Origin: Octopus vulgaris
Taxonomy: Eukaryota
Direction of reading: 5' to 3'
NCBI GenBank assembly: GCA_951406725.2
Contig: OX597825.1
Location: 21,266,001-21,330,000, forward strand
DNA: 64,000 nucleotides
The notes under the pieces were generated by a model, which searched no databases, was not told the DNA's origin, and saw only the letters and a program-made list of their open reading frames with translations. Below, piece after piece: positions 27,628-41,638 of the stretch (position 1 is its first letter; every line of letters starts with the position of its first letter). A program made the translations under genes and the position numbers.

Positions 27628-27658
<31 letters not shown>

Positions 27659-27742
27659 TGATCTAATAGTAGTAGTAGTAGTAGTTGATCTAATAGTAGT
27701 AGTAGTAGTGGTAGTAGCAGTAGTAGCAGCAGCAGCAGTAGC

Positions 27743-27781
<39 letters not shown>

Positions 27782-27830
27782 CATAGTAGTAGTAGTAGTA
27801 GTAGTAGTAGCAGCAGTAGTAGTAGCAATA
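27450..27830. repeat. (TAG)n/(CAG)n array punctuated by GATCTA
   Basis: Direct reading. Confidence 0.95.
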
Positions 27831-29224
27831 ATGGTTTTTGTTGGTTGTACAGGTATTACTATTATTGCTGTTGATATGTGGTGATGGTTGTAGTGTTGGC
27901 TACGGTTCTACTAGTATTAATAGTGTTGGAGTTGGTCGTCTCTACTATGTATTAATGATTGTTACACTTGAAAAATTCGCTTTGAATCCTTCAGTCGACA
28001 TCAGCCATTATATATGCATCTAACATTACAAGAATATGAAACGATTTTAACGGCGCGTGGCCCAGGAGTCAGAGTGTTTTGCTTGCGTATATGCCTTCAT
28101 TATTTCACTGCTTTCAATCATTGGATTGTGGCCTCACAAGAATACAGCATTCGGTTGTAGGATATTGTCAATTAGATCGACCCCAGAACTTGAATGGGAC
28201 TTATTTTATTGGAATGAGGCGATTCGGCGTGGTTGTTTAGGCGCTACCAATTTTGCGCGGCTGACTGGACGTTGATCTTGTTTTGGTGATAGTATTTTTT
28301 GCTTCTGGAGGCAAGCACACACATTTACACGCATGCATGAGCGTGCAGAAATATGTATATATAAGTAGATAGGTACAAAGATTCTATAATTTATGGACAT
28401 AATTATAATTAGGGTTCACCAAAATTTGCTTCACCACATACCGAAATTTAGAAATAACAGTTAAAATACTATTTAATTATGCTCATAACTATAGAATTTT
28501 TGTATAAGTTTACCGATAATGGTTCTTTTAACATACCGAACTACTTGGTAAAATTATTAATTATTAATTGATTAATTAATTTTAGCCTTTATTATTATTG
28601 ATAATATAAGTAGATAGGTAGATAGACAGATAGATAGACAGATAGATAGACAGATAGATAGAAGAGAGAGAAAAGGAGAAAGAGAGAGCGAGAGAGAGTG
28701 AGAAAGAGAGAGAGAGTGAGAAAGAGAGAGAGAGAGAGGGAGAAAGAGTGAGAGAGGGAGAAAGAGAGAGAGAGAGAGAGGGAGAAAGAGAGAGAAAAAG
28801 AGATAGAGATAGGAAGAGAGGTGTGGAGGTAGTAAACAATAGAAAAATTAAAACTAGACAAACATTAAAACGTGTGATGTCAAATAAGTCTGCGACGCCA
28901 AAACGGCAGTGCCAAAACGTCCCATACCCTTATTTAACAAAGTTTAGAATGATGAAACGCAAAGACGATCTCTGAAGGATTGAAGCACTAAATAAAGGAA
29001 CATTATCAAATACTAAATGGTATTTTGTCTGGCGCTCTACCGCTTCTCTAATGCAGCAACCATAAGTACCTGCATCCCCTTCTTAATTGATAAACTGGTG
29101 GAAACTGCATGTTGTCGGTCGATTGTGCTAGAAATAGAGGACAGACAAATTACCCACAGGATTGGCACAGGGTTGATCAGTGGGTTAACGGCAACCAACA
29201 ATGGTAGAAACAGCAACGGACGAA

Positions 29225-29272
29225 GCAGCTACAGATACAGCAGCAGCAGCAGTAATAGCAGCAGCAGCAGTT

Positions 29273-29336
<64 letters not shown>

Positions 29337-29380
29337 CAACAACAACAGTAATAGCAAGAATAGTAACGATAGAGGCTGTG

Positions 29381-29417
<37 letters not shown>

Positions 29418-29455
29418 CAGTAGCAGTACAAGCAGCAGAGGCAATAGCAGCATTC

Positions 29456-29486
<31 letters not shown>

Positions 29487-29495
29487 CAATAATAG
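29225..29495. repeat. (TAG)n/(CAG)n array
   Basis: Direct reading. Confidence 0.95.
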
Positions 29496-30005
29496 TTACT
29501 AAAATGCCGGAAAATTGGCGCCAATACTGGTTCTCACTTCCAGGAGGGGGTAAGTATAAAATTCCTTTGGATTACCCAGGCCTCGCTTTCTTATTGGCTA
29601 AAACGGCGAAAGCATGTTTACTAAGCAAAAAAAAAAATGATTAAAACATACACACACATATACTCATGCACACACACATACACGTGCACACTCAAATATT
29701 AGCATAAATATATGACAGACTTCCGCACAGTTTCCACGTTTCAAATTCCACTCTTAATATTACACGCACAGACAGTCAAACATATATGCACAGATACAAT
29801 CATACAGAAACACATACATGCAGTCAGCATGCTTGGTCGCTAAATCCACAAGTTTTTATTTATTCTCTGTTTATTTTCTCATATCCCCTTCTGTTGAAGA
29901 GCGTAGGCTCGAAACATAAAAGACCTTCTCACTTTCCCAAGCGTCAATAGACCTGCTTGTTGTTCATGCATCTGTCTTCATCTTTTGCTTTTCTGTAAAT
30001 TTCAA

Positions 30006-30064
<59 letters not shown>

Positions 30065-30146
30065 TATGCATGTATGCATACATACTTGTATGCTTTCATA
30101 ATGCATTCATGCATACATACATATTATATATGTCTATCTATCTATA

Positions 30147-30267
<121 letters not shown>

Positions 30268-30301
30268 CTCTATATATGTCTATACATACAAGCACATTAT
30301 A

Positions 30302-30339
<38 letters not shown>

Positions 30340-30795
30340 AGGCACATACGTAGATATTTTTTTCAAATATACTATATATTATAGTGTGTCTGTATGATCG
30401 TATTTGTGCATCTGGAATCAAGACTAATTGACGTGTGTTGGTCATATATGGAATATTTACTCTTAACAACTACTATCCTTTATTTATTTATCTATTTATT
30501 TATACATCTCTATATTTGTGAGACGAAGTTAATTGGACGACAGAGCATTTTTGATACAATTAGTTACACTAAGTAATTATTTCACGTCAATTTATCGTTT
30601 CATAATAATTTCAGTAGGTTTTTAATATTTCTATTATAAAAAAAATTGAAGGAAGTGGATTGGTAGAAGCTATTAAGAAGTTAAATCTAAATATAGCACA
30701 TAATTAATAATATCAGGGTAATAAAGATTTTAGAAATTTTTACTACCAGTAGCCTAGCGTATAGAAAAATTAGTCAATAGACTATATATTATTCG

Positions 30796-30967
30796 TATAA
30801 AATACAGTGTACATTTAAACATATAAGAGGTAGCCATCATAGGACTCCCTTACGCTAGAAGGAACAGCTAAAGTCCAAACCGTTTGGACTTTAGCTGTTT
30901 CTTCTAGCGTAAGGGAGTTCTATGATGGATACCTCTTAATGTGTTTAAATGTACACTGTATTTTATA
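30796..30967. repeat. Near-perfect palindrome, ~85-bp arms, 1-nt spacer
   Basis: ...cagctaaagtccaaac-c(30881)-gtttggactttagctg...; arms extend to tataaaatacagtgtac / gtacactgtattttata. Confidence 0.9.
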
Positions 30968-31451
30968 TGCTGTTATAGCACATATATTTTCTCTAAGTTT
31001 TATTTCTGCAGCCGCTTATCGACATTGTGTTTCATTCCTCTTTCGTTGTGGTGCATAAAATAATTACCTGTTATCTAATTGGGTCATTTAAATCGACTTG
31101 AGGCTTTCTCCACGAATTTGTTTTTCTTTACCCCAACATAAAAATAACTGATCTGTGTTAATTTAGAAAGTTATAAAGTGATTTTCTTAAGAAAGGAAAT
31201 AATAACCAATCAATGTGACGGAATAATATACGACTGTTATATGTAGCGAAAATCGCAGCTAATCGTAATTAAACTGGATCTATTCATAAGTATGGCTATG
31301 TCTAGACTCGTTTCAAATGGTGGCCAATCAGAGATTTACGTTCTTCTCACGTGTATTTGTATGAACTAATTACTACCGTTTCCTTTGTTAAAGCTGTTTC
31401 TACGAAGTAAGTCGCAATATTATCGGTTTGCAGGGAAAAAAAACCCGTGTC

Positions 31452-31677
31452 ACGAGCTGGCAGAAACGTTAGCACACCGGGCGAAATGCTTAGCGGTATT
31501 TCGTCTGCGTTACGTTGTGAGTTCAAATTCCGCCGAGGTCGACTTTGCCTCTCATCCTTTCGGGGTCGATAAATTAAGTACCAGTTACGCACTGGGGTCT
31601 ATGTAATCGACTTAATACCTATGTCTGTCCTTGTTTGTCCCCTCTGTGTTTAGCCCCTTGTGGGTAATAAAGAAATA
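31452..31677 (+). mobile_element. SINE family C with Tx1-like tail
   Basis: cgagctggcagaaacgttagc...tttgtcccctctgtgtttagccccttgtgggtaataaagaaata. Confidence 0.85.
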
Positions 31678-32089
31678 GGTATTGTCACATATACTTATTT
31701 TGTGTAATTTGTCTGAGTTCTGTACTGATCATGTTAAATGCGTCGAATTTCTGAATATTCTAACACTCTATTGTTAACACCTTTTTAATAAATTTTGTGC
31801 TTATATACCGCATGTAACGCTGTTTATAATGTGTTACGTTCAACACAAGTATGTTTATATATTTTAGGGTAAACAATTGTGAACTGAGGGTGCTGCTGTA
31901 CTCCGTCTCCAGGTGCGGGGTCCATATCTCACCAGGCGGTAAAACAGCTCTGTTAGGTGTTTCGGCCCCTTCTATCGCGACACCAGAGCTGTCCGTCACC
32001 GTCTGCCGATACAGGCGATAAAATTCACGCACAACATCATGAGCTTTGTTGAGTCACACGTGACATTCTGGGTTAGATGGTTTTGTTAT

Positions 32090-32900
32090 ATTCAATACTC
32101 GCTCTTGCTGCACCACTCAGTGGCTTCGACAGTTTTTCTGGTAACATCTTTCCTCTTCCTCGCAGCTTGTTCAAGGCTCCTGAGCATCGAGTGAACCCTG
32201 GTTTCAACAAATCCTAGAAAACCTATCTCTACGGAAAGCATTTTGCTTCCCATCCATTGTTTTCAACCAACTCACTGTATTTTCTGTTTTTACAGAGGAA
32301 AGCCTCCCAAAGAAATATCAGCTCTTCCACCTTTATTTCCCTGCACCACATGACAAGGTTGGTTCTTTTGGTGGCAAAGAGTAGGAAGTAGTATTTGATG
32401 TCAAGTTTACAGAGACTTCCCAAATCTTCCCTACCCATTTTGGATCATTCCTTTACCTTACGGTGGTTCACTTGCAGCCTTCACCTTCTTTGCAAAACTT
32501 TATCTTTCCAGGCTCCACTACTTGCGATCTTTCATTGTTGTCAATTCACAATAGTTTGGAGTACAGAGCAAACTGCAACATCAGAGTTTGAACCTACCTG
32601 GTAGTAGTCTTTTATCGATCGTTATGAATCCATCCTCTGCCATTTTCAAGATTTTGATCCCTTCAACCCTATCGTTAAAGGATCTGCATGCAATACAATC
32701 TCTCCAGACTCTCCACTCGCTCCTCTACTATTGTAGGCATGCAATAACATACTTCACTTCTTCCTGCCTCCACTTCTTGAATGTTCTTCTGCATGACGTC
32801 TTTGCTTTAAAACGCATTCCTACCCAGCTCATCAGCTCATCCAGTCTGAGCAGGATTCTCACCATGACTTCTCATTCCTAGTTAGCATTGCTACTTAGGG
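32090..32900 (-). pseudogene. RLE-type (HERO-like) non-LTR retrotransposon 3' remnant
   Basis: Minus-strand WEAFLCKNRKYSELVENNGWEAKCFP*EIGFLGF resembles the VPWE..RK..KY..L...GW....PVEVGCRGF restriction-like endonuclease tail. Heavily decayed. Confidence 0.55.
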
Positions 32901-32959
32901 GAGTGAATAGTCATTTTCTGAAGCCATAGTCTTTATAGGCTTTTATAAGACTGTCCATG

Positions 32960-34360
32960 AGGTATTGCAGCTGTTCCTCCAGTGAGCTACCTATGTTGCA
33001 CCATCTGCAAACAGTCTCTGATGAGTTCTTCGCGTATTTTGATCTTCGCCCCCCTCCACTCCACAGTGAGGACAAACTTGGTGGTTTTCAGTCTGATCTT
33101 GTGTGAAGCTAAATAACTTAGGAACTTAGGTCGATGTTCCAAAGTCGTGCATCAGTATGGCTGCGAAGAAGAAGCCGAACAGAGTTGGGGAAAGTAAACA
33201 CGCTTCTGAGGCACCATCAAACTTATTGAAGCCTTACATACTTGTGTGGAATTACTGAACAAACCCTAGTAAAAATGGAGGGCATCCAATTTTCGCAAGG
33301 ATTTTGAACAAGCTGTCTTTACTGAGAAGGTTTAGGTTTTTTTGTTTTTGAAATCAATGAAAGCGATATCAATTGTTTATCCTTGTTCTCTGCATTTTTC
33401 TTGAAATTGCTCATGTAAAGTGTTGAGCCATCTGATCTGAAACAGCACTGTGACTCAGAGTGTTAATTTTCTGCGATATTCTGAATGTCTTCGTTCTTCG
33501 TTTTCTACGATATTTTGAACAGTCTTCGTTCACTTTAAGTCTAAGTGAACGAAGAACGTTCCAACGATGCCCAGTGAAGAGATTGCTCCATAACTGCTGC
33601 AATCGCTTCTGTCCCCTTTGTTCTTGTACAAAGTAACAATTCCAGCTTCTCATTACCTGCAGCACTGCACCTTCTTTTCAGCAGTAGCTCAGTAGATAGT
33701 GTAGATGACGTAACAGTATATCCTTTGTAAACTTGATTGCTTCTGGCGGAATACCATCCGATCCCACTGGTACCTTGCCAGCAGAAAGGCAGTCAACGGC
33801 TTTACTCAGCTCTTCAGCAGTTGGAAATGCATCTTGTTCTTTCATCTCTGCTAGACATTCAATGGTGTCAAACATACAATACAAGATGGTATTTTCTGTG
33901 GAGTAGAGTTTGGACTAGTGATCTACTCATCCTTCCATCTGCTTGATTTTGTTTTTGATGGTCTTACCTATAACGGTTTTCAGGGACGCTGTGTGACTCA
34001 TGGCTGGGTCGATGTCCTTCTTTATCTTTTCAAACACACCACGTATGTCGTCTGTATCAAATGCTGATCGAATATTTTTGAAAGCCTATAATTACTTGTA
34101 ATTTTCACAGAATCTCACTCTTTTCTCGGTGTTTGCATACACAGATGGTAGAAGTCAACTCGTTATTGAATAACTCAGCAAGTCCACGCAAATGTTTCAA
34201 ATGTCCAAGAACTTCCTACGCGGGTAATTTGTTTTGAGTGGATAAATTGTTGCATAGTACATTTCAACGCAATCAGCTATGAAACAAGTGGCACAACAGA
34301 GGCTGAGAGGATCAGAAACCAACTGCACTTCAGATTTTTTTTACATGCGTTTACGTCCTC
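32960..34360 (-). pseudogene. RTE-clade LINE reverse transcriptase remnant
   Basis: PTAEELSKAVDCLSAGKVPVGSDGIPPEAIK, IVTLYKNKGDRSDCSSY, ESQCCFRS, IAFIDF, LAKIGCPP and APTLFGFFFA across stops and frameshifts. Confidence 0.8.
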
Positions 34361-34928
34361 CCAGAAGGAAGTTCTGAGATCCAGGAATCCTTCGTTCCTA
34401 GTGATTCACACGTTAGTTAACCAGTATCTGGGACCCTGGCAGGTGATACTACTCTGGGTCAGAGTAGACCTGGGAACAATAGTGGTTAAGAGGTGGTTCC
34501 ACGCTTCTCAAAACCTTGGAGCTCTGTACCCGAGCCCAACTACCAGATGCAGTTTAAAATCATACATGCATACACATTACATACATACATACTTCAGAAA
34601 TTTATCATTTAAATATATATGAGCATGTCCAGATATGCAAGCATATGCATGCGAAGACGTGCATAAAACAAAACATACAACTCTGAGAGTGATGATCTTG
34701 TGGATCGACTAATTGTCTTGACGATTTCCCTTTGCAAAAAAAAAAAGAAAAAACATACAAGTCTGCAAGTATACATATATACATACATACGTACATACAT
34801 ACTTACATACATACATACATACATACATGCATACATATCCTGTTGTTGATGTTGAAATTCCAATGGCTTAGATCTTGGTTAAAAACCAGCTCTTTCTCTA
34901 TTGGCAAGAAGTCTTGAAATAAAACTGA

Positions 34929-35266
34929 ACAAGAGCACTCAGAGAGCACAAACCTCCGCCAAGTTAACACCAACGCTCTCTCAACGATTAGCTGGAGATA
35001 ATTTTTTAAAATGAGAATATCAGAAATAAACTCAGCTGCTCTCACAAGCGAGAATACTAAAAATGAATCCGACCGCTCTCAAAAATTAAGAAAAAAAAAA
35101 ACAGCAGAAATAATCTAGAATCCTTGTCCGGTTCCGGATTGATCCCAAAATCTAATCAGTTCCCTGAAAGTTTCATCTGAATCCATTCAGCGGTTCTTGA
35201 AATATCTTGTCTACGGACAAACAAACAAACAAACACGACTGAAAACAATACCTCCGGAGGTAATAA
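34929..35266. mobile_element. Helentron-associated (HINE/DINE-like) non-autonomous element
   Basis: One end is acaagagcactcagagagcacaaacctccgccaag. The other has the hairpin tacctccggaggta after (ACAA)n. Internal aagtttcat..aatcc block. Family assignment is from memory. Confidence 0.55.
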
Positions 35267-36174
35267 TGACATACATACATACATACATACATACATGCAA
35301 ACATACACACATATCCACGAGATTCTTATGTAAATAGATGCACAAACTTGGGTGTATACACCGGCAGTTCAACTAACACACCAACTCAACCACGAATTTA
35401 CAGACACCGGAAATTCTCTTAACTTAGTACGTTTTGTCACTGTGTTAGCGACCGGCTTGAACTCTCTCAAGAAGAACTTAATTTAAAATCATACATACAT
35501 ACTCAGACATATGGACGTAATATATCTTTTTGGACAAAAATGATTTATCATGCGCAGTCACAGAAGTCTGTTTTCGAGCAGATATGTGCATCTCTTTGAA
35601 AATCAGTAAGAAGGAGAATATTTATCAGCATCTACTTCGAAAACGGTAAATTCTTCACTCTGATTTTGAATTCACATGCATATCAATAGTCATTGGCGCA
35701 TTGTATTATGTTAATAAATGCTTGAGCGACAATCTGGAAAAGGTAGAATTCTCAGGCAAAGAAAACGACCAGCTTAACACGTAATTTATAAATAAAGCCT
35801 GTTAAAGGGGCGATTAAAAATATGCAAAACTTCCCTAAAATTAATTATATACTCATAACGATATTATTATCCAAATTCCAGTGATTGCAGTTTGTTTCTT
35901 TGTTAGAAATCAACTCCTTCCGTACAGGAAAATGTTAAGGGATTAAAACGACAAACACACACACACATACATCATATATACTTACTTGCAAACAGACGTA
36001 CCTGCATACATACATCTTTTAAAATACGCATGCTCTTATTATGTAACCAAACAATTTATTACATAACGAATATCAAATACATTACAATACACATCATTCA
36101 AGACAGTTCGCCATTTATTCAATATTTTTAGCGACTATTTTCTTTTATTTATTTATGTTATTTATGTTATTTAC

Positions 36175-36580
36175 CCTTTTTACTCTTTTACTTGTTTCAG
36201 TCATTTGACTGCGGCCATGCTGGAGCACCGCCTTTAGTCGAGCAAATCGACCCCGGGACTTATTCTCTGTAAGCCCAGTACTTATTCTATCGGTCTCTTT
36301 TGCCGAACCGCTAAGTGACGGGGACGTAAACACACCAGCATCGGTTGTCAAGCAATGCTAGGGGGACAAACACAGACACACAAACACACACATACATATA
36401 TATATATACATATATACGTCAGGCTTCTTTAAGTTTCTGTCTACCAAATCCACTCACAAGGAATTGGTCGGCCCGGGGCTATAGCAGAAGAGACTTGTCC
36501 AAGATGCCACGCGGTGGGACTGAACCCGGAACCATGTGGTTGGTTGGCAAGCTACTTACCACACAGCCACTCCTGCGCCT
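36175..36580 (-). mobile_element. SINE family A, full length
   Basis: Reverse complement of the 20004 copy. Confidence 0.9.
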
Positions 36581-36784
36581 ATTTATTTATGTTATTTGCT
36601 CTTTGACTTAAATATTTATTGTTACCAATTTACGTATTTGCCAGAGAAGTCACGGGATTAATTGGACGACTCCAGATACTATACTACTAATACTATTAGT
36701 CACACTAAGTAATTATATTCTATCATGTCAAATCGGTTTTATTATAATGACCCCAAGGAAAAGCTTCTATAAATATTCATGTAA

Positions 36785-36785
36785 T

Positions 36786-36853
<68 letters not shown>

Positions 36854-36924
36854 TTACTACCACTACTACTACTACCACCACCACCACCACCACCACCACA
36901 CTACTACTACTACTACCACCACCA

Positions 36925-36958
<34 letters not shown>

Positions 36959-36998
36959 GTTGGTGGTGTTGTTGTTGCTGCTATTATTATTATTATTA

Positions 36999-37061
<63 letters not shown>

Positions 37062-37195
37062 TATTATTATTATATTATTATTATTATTATTATTACTATT
37101 ACTATTATTATTATTATTATTATTATTATATTATTATTATTATTATTATTATATTATTATTATTATATAATTATTATTATTATTATTACTATTAC

Positions 37196-37236
<41 letters not shown>

Positions 37237-37300
37237 TATTATTATTATTATTATTATATTATTATTATTATATAATTATTATTATTATTATTACTATTAC

Positions 37301-37350
<50 letters not shown>

Positions 37351-37547
37351 TATTATTATTATATTATTATTATTATTATTATTACTATTACTATTATTAT
37401 TATTATTATTATTATATTATTATTATTATTATTATTATTATATTATTATTATTATATAATTATTATTATTATTATTACTATTACTATTATTATTATCATT
37501 ATTATTATTATATTATTATTATTATATTATTATTATTATTACTATTA

Positions 37548-37598
<51 letters not shown>

Positions 37599-37601
37599 TA
37601 C

Positions 37602-37637
<36 letters not shown>

Positions 37638-37720
37638 TGTTTTTGTCGTTGTTGTTGGTGTTGCTGCTGTTGCTGTTGTTGTTGTTGGTGTTGCTGCTGT
37701 TGCTGTTGTTGTTGTTATGA
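36785..37720. repeat. Long (TAC)n/(TAT)n/(GTT)n array with higher-order units
   Basis: Direct reading. The block ...tactattacta... recurs. Confidence 0.95.
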
Positions 37721-37841
37721 ATGGAATTGCAGGAGAAAAAATAAATAATAACATGCTAAAAGACTAAATGCATAGCAACACTTTGTCGTCGATGGTTAAA
37801 ATCCTTTGATTTCATTGATGTTGTATTTCATACAGCCTATG

Positions 37842-37884
<43 letters not shown>

Positions 37885-37897
<13 letters not shown>

Positions 37898-38229
37898 AGC
37901 AAAATGTCTGCGTGCGTGTCCTTCATACAAATCCACAATTTTTCAGTTAAAGGGCTCGCACTTTCTATGGTCATTCAAAACCGTCCAAGGGTGGTCGTGC
38001 ACATCTTTACATTTCCCCAGTCACCCCGCAAAGCCATTTAAAAAATCAATAGAAGTGACTTTTTTTGTGAATTTTTTACCCAAAACCCAATCAAAATGCC
38101 TGAAACTTGATATACCAATTGAATGCCAGCTAGCTGTATGTGATTGGTTAGAGATTTGGACATTACTCGCGTGCATGTTACGCACGCACGCAGCTGTATA
38201 TGCATGCACTGCCGGGTCATAAGTGCTGG
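37885..38229 (+). mobile_element. Non-autonomous Helitron-like element (degenerate 3' end)
   Basis: The 5' tatataaacagcaaaatgtctgcgtg resembles the 25903 element. The 3' gccgggtcataagtgCTGG|T is a CTAG variant. Confidence 0.55.
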
Positions 38230-38474
38230 TATATATATAAAAATGTACCAGTCATGCCCCAGAGTAATTTTAAATTGATTGCATCATCTTTCTGAATTTT
38301 TTTTTCTCGTTGCACTTAACGCGTGAAATTATTGAATTGGTATAAAGAGCATTTTTGTTATTTTTACATTTAAGAAATTAGATCTGACCAATATTTTGGT
38401 CTATGATACATCACAATTGAAAATTAGCGTATTTGCCGGCGTATAGTGCGCGTTTTTTTTTAGATCTCTAAATT

Positions 38475-38676
38475 CAGGGCGGCCGAAAAGTAAGCTTTTC
38501 AGTTATTCAACTATCTCTTTCACGTTCATATATTAAACAATTTAGATCTTAATAAAAAAAAAAAAATAAATAAAAAACACATATAGTATGATAGAAATTT
38601 AAATGTAATAAAATGCTTTAAAAAGAAATGTAAAGTGTCTTCGTAATAACTGCAAACCTACTTTTGGGCCACCCTG
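38475..38676. mobile_element. Tc1/mariner-type MITE
   Basis: TIRs cagggcggccgaaaagtaagcttttcagttatt / aataactgcaaacctacttttgggccaccctg. Confidence 0.7.
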
Positions 38677-39193
38677 TCTGTCAAAAAATTGTATTGAGCC
38701 TAATGCAGCCGGAATGAAAGACCGATTATATGTATTGAAATTCGCAACTATATACGATTCCTGTATATGTATACACCCATATCTACAAAAGGAGAACATC
38801 TATGATGAATTCATGCATAACATATTGCTTGTTTTCTTTTTTGTATCCAGTCTATTGACTGTGATTTGCACTTGCTATCACTGGCGTTTTTGGCTCCGTA
38901 ATCAGAAATTAGAAAATACTAATATTTTCATAGAAATAAGCGAAGCAAATTGACTTGCGTACGCCAAATCCAGTCGATTATTGGTACAGTGCAGATGTGT
39001 AAAATATTCTGAATTATCATCTGTTGAATTCTTTGAATGACCGTATAAACACAGTCATATATACCTAACCTACATACATACATGCATACATACATACGTA
39101 CATACATACATACATACATACATATATACATGTATACATTCATACATAAATTCATGCATGCATTCATACATACATTCATGCATGCATGCATAC

Positions 39194-39248
<55 letters not shown>

Positions 39249-39825
39249 CATACATGAATACACACATACCTACAATACACATACATGCATACATACATAT
39301 ATACATACATGCATGCATACATACATACATAAATATATACATATATACATGAATACATACACACATACCTACCTACCTACATACATACATTCATGCATGC
39401 ATTCATACATACATTTATGCATGCGTGCATACATACACACAACCACTCATACACACATACACACAAGCACACATGCATATATATATATATACATGCAAAC
39501 AGGAGTTCCCTAATCATCTTTCTTAGCTCAGACCCGTTTCTGTTATAAGAAGCTCCGCGCTCAGAGCTGAGTGCTTGTGGAACATCCTGTAACTTCCCCG
39601 GAGCCATTAAAATGAAGTGTATGTATATTTTTGAAAGCATTTCAAAGCGTACGTACATATGCATGTATATTGTTCTTCTCGGTAGTAAAAATATAGTGAT
39701 TTCGACCAGGGTTAGTACAGAACCTTAAAGAAGCTGATTAAAATGCTATTGCATCAGCTCTATCAATGATACCAATTCAGCATCCACCGTTTATACAGGC
39801 ATCACCAGTAGCATTACCGTTATCA

Positions 39826-40203
39826 AAGAAGCTTGAGAGGCGGTTGGATGGAACCTACACTCGCCTCCTTATGAGAGCTCAAAATCTCTCGTGGAAGCGT
39901 CATCCAACCAAAATGTAAATATATGGGAAACTACCACCTGCGTCATCTCTTGTGAAAGGTAGGAGAGTCCAGTTTGCTGGACATTGTTGTAGTGCTGGAA
40001 ACGAGGCAATTTCTACTCTTCTCCTCTGGAAGCCATCTACTCGCAACACCAGAGGGCGCACACTCTCCTACCCTGATGTAATCTCCAGGGATACAGGCAT
40101 CCAGCAACAGGACCTCCGTAATGCTATGATGGACCGTGAAGTCTGGCGTAGCATGGTAAATTCCATTGTCTCGACCACGGTCGAAAAATGATGATGATGA
40201 TGA
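39826..40203 (+). mobile_element. RTE/RTE-X-like LINE, 5'-truncated 3' end with (TGA)n tail
   Basis: KKLERRLDGTYTRLLMRAQNLSWKRHPTKM*IYGKLPP...RRVQFAGHC...LLWKP...AMMDREVWR. The stop codon runs directly into (tga)n. Confidence 0.8.
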
Positions 40204-40419
40204 CCGTTAGCAGCAGCAGAAGCAACCGTAACATGAAGGGTGCCTCTAATAAAAGAGCCAGACGTGTTTGCAAATGTGTTGTAGGTGTTAGTGTTGTTTT
40301 TTCTAGAGAAGCCATTTCTCTGCTGTTTCCTCCGTCGACATTCTTCTCTCGTTTCTCGGTATTAGTTTAGTAAATTTACTGATATCATTATCGTTGTTTT
40401 CGTTGTTACACCTGCTGGA

Positions 40420-40600
40420 GGGCCTCAGGTGGTTGATGTTACAATATGTGTGGCACCTGGGTCTTCCATCAGATTCCATGATGTTCAGCTGGAAACGTTC
40501 AGGAGGTTTATCTGGTCGATGATTTTCCACAGAGTTTTGGGTTGTATTTGGATCAGCTTCAACGCCAGTTCCGGAAAAGATACCGTTCTACAGCTATTCA
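40420..40600 (-). pseudogene. Putative retroelement ORF1/gag-like remnant
   Basis: LKLIQIQPKTLWKIIDQINL / QLNIMESDGRPRCHTYC..NHL (decayed zinc knuckle). Similar to 59400-59520. Confidence 0.3.
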
Positions 40601-41006
40601 TATCTCTCTCATAGCAGCAATATATGTTTGTGTATGTGTGTTTAGACAGGTAGATAGATAAATAGATATATATATCGAGATATCGAGAGATAGATCAATA
40701 AGGTAAGTGAAAGACATAAAATGAGAGAGAAAAAAGCGTGAAATGTAAATTAAAAGCCAGAGAGAAAGAGAGAGGTGGGGGGGAGATAAAGTGATGGAAA
40801 AAGGGGTAGTGAGCTAGACAAAATGAATATGAAGAGAAGTAGAAACAGAGAATAAGGGTTAGAGCAAGATAGGAGACATCAATCTGGAGATATAGAAGGT
40901 GAGATTTGCACAAAATGCCCTACACTGGAATCGAAACCTGGACGTCGTTTTTGCCGAACTACTTAATTATTCTGACATATTAAGCTTATGTATGTATATA
41001 TGTGTG

Positions 41007-41040
<34 letters not shown>

Positions 41041-41174
41041 TGTATGTATGTATGTATGTATGTATGCATGTATGTATGTGTGTGTATGTATGTATGTATG
41101 TATGTATGTATGTATGTATGTATGTATGTATGTATGTATGTATGTGTGTATGTATGTGTGTGTATGTATGTATG

Positions 41175-41248
<74 letters not shown>

Positions 41249-41564
41249 TGTATGTGTATACACACACAAACACATATATATCACGCTCTGTACACAAACA
41301 TACATAAATATATATATAGAGAGAGAGAGAAAAGGAGAGGAAGTAGGATAGAGAGAGAGAGGGGGGAGAAAGCGAGAGAGAGAGAGAGAGAGAGAGGGGG
41401 GTAGAGAGGTAGTGAACGAAAGTGGCAGACCGGAAGCGGCTCAGTTAAAAAAGATCTTCCGCTAAGCAAACACAACCAAATCTAATTCTATCGTTCCTTC
41501 ACTCATCGCACACACTTAGTATCCCCACCTCCACCACTTCACCTTATATACACACACACACGGA

Positions 41565-41638
<74 letters not shown>

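Noticed and set aside
27540-27700. Periodic GATCTA units separated by (TAG)n, superficially array-like
   Set aside because: Spacers are pure microsatellite, so this is slippage-derived higher-order repeat and not CRISPR; context is eukaryotic with no cas genes.
28205-28930. Possible MITE with ttcggcg/tttggc-type ends
   Set aside because: Terminal similarity by eye is too weak and no TSD is visible.
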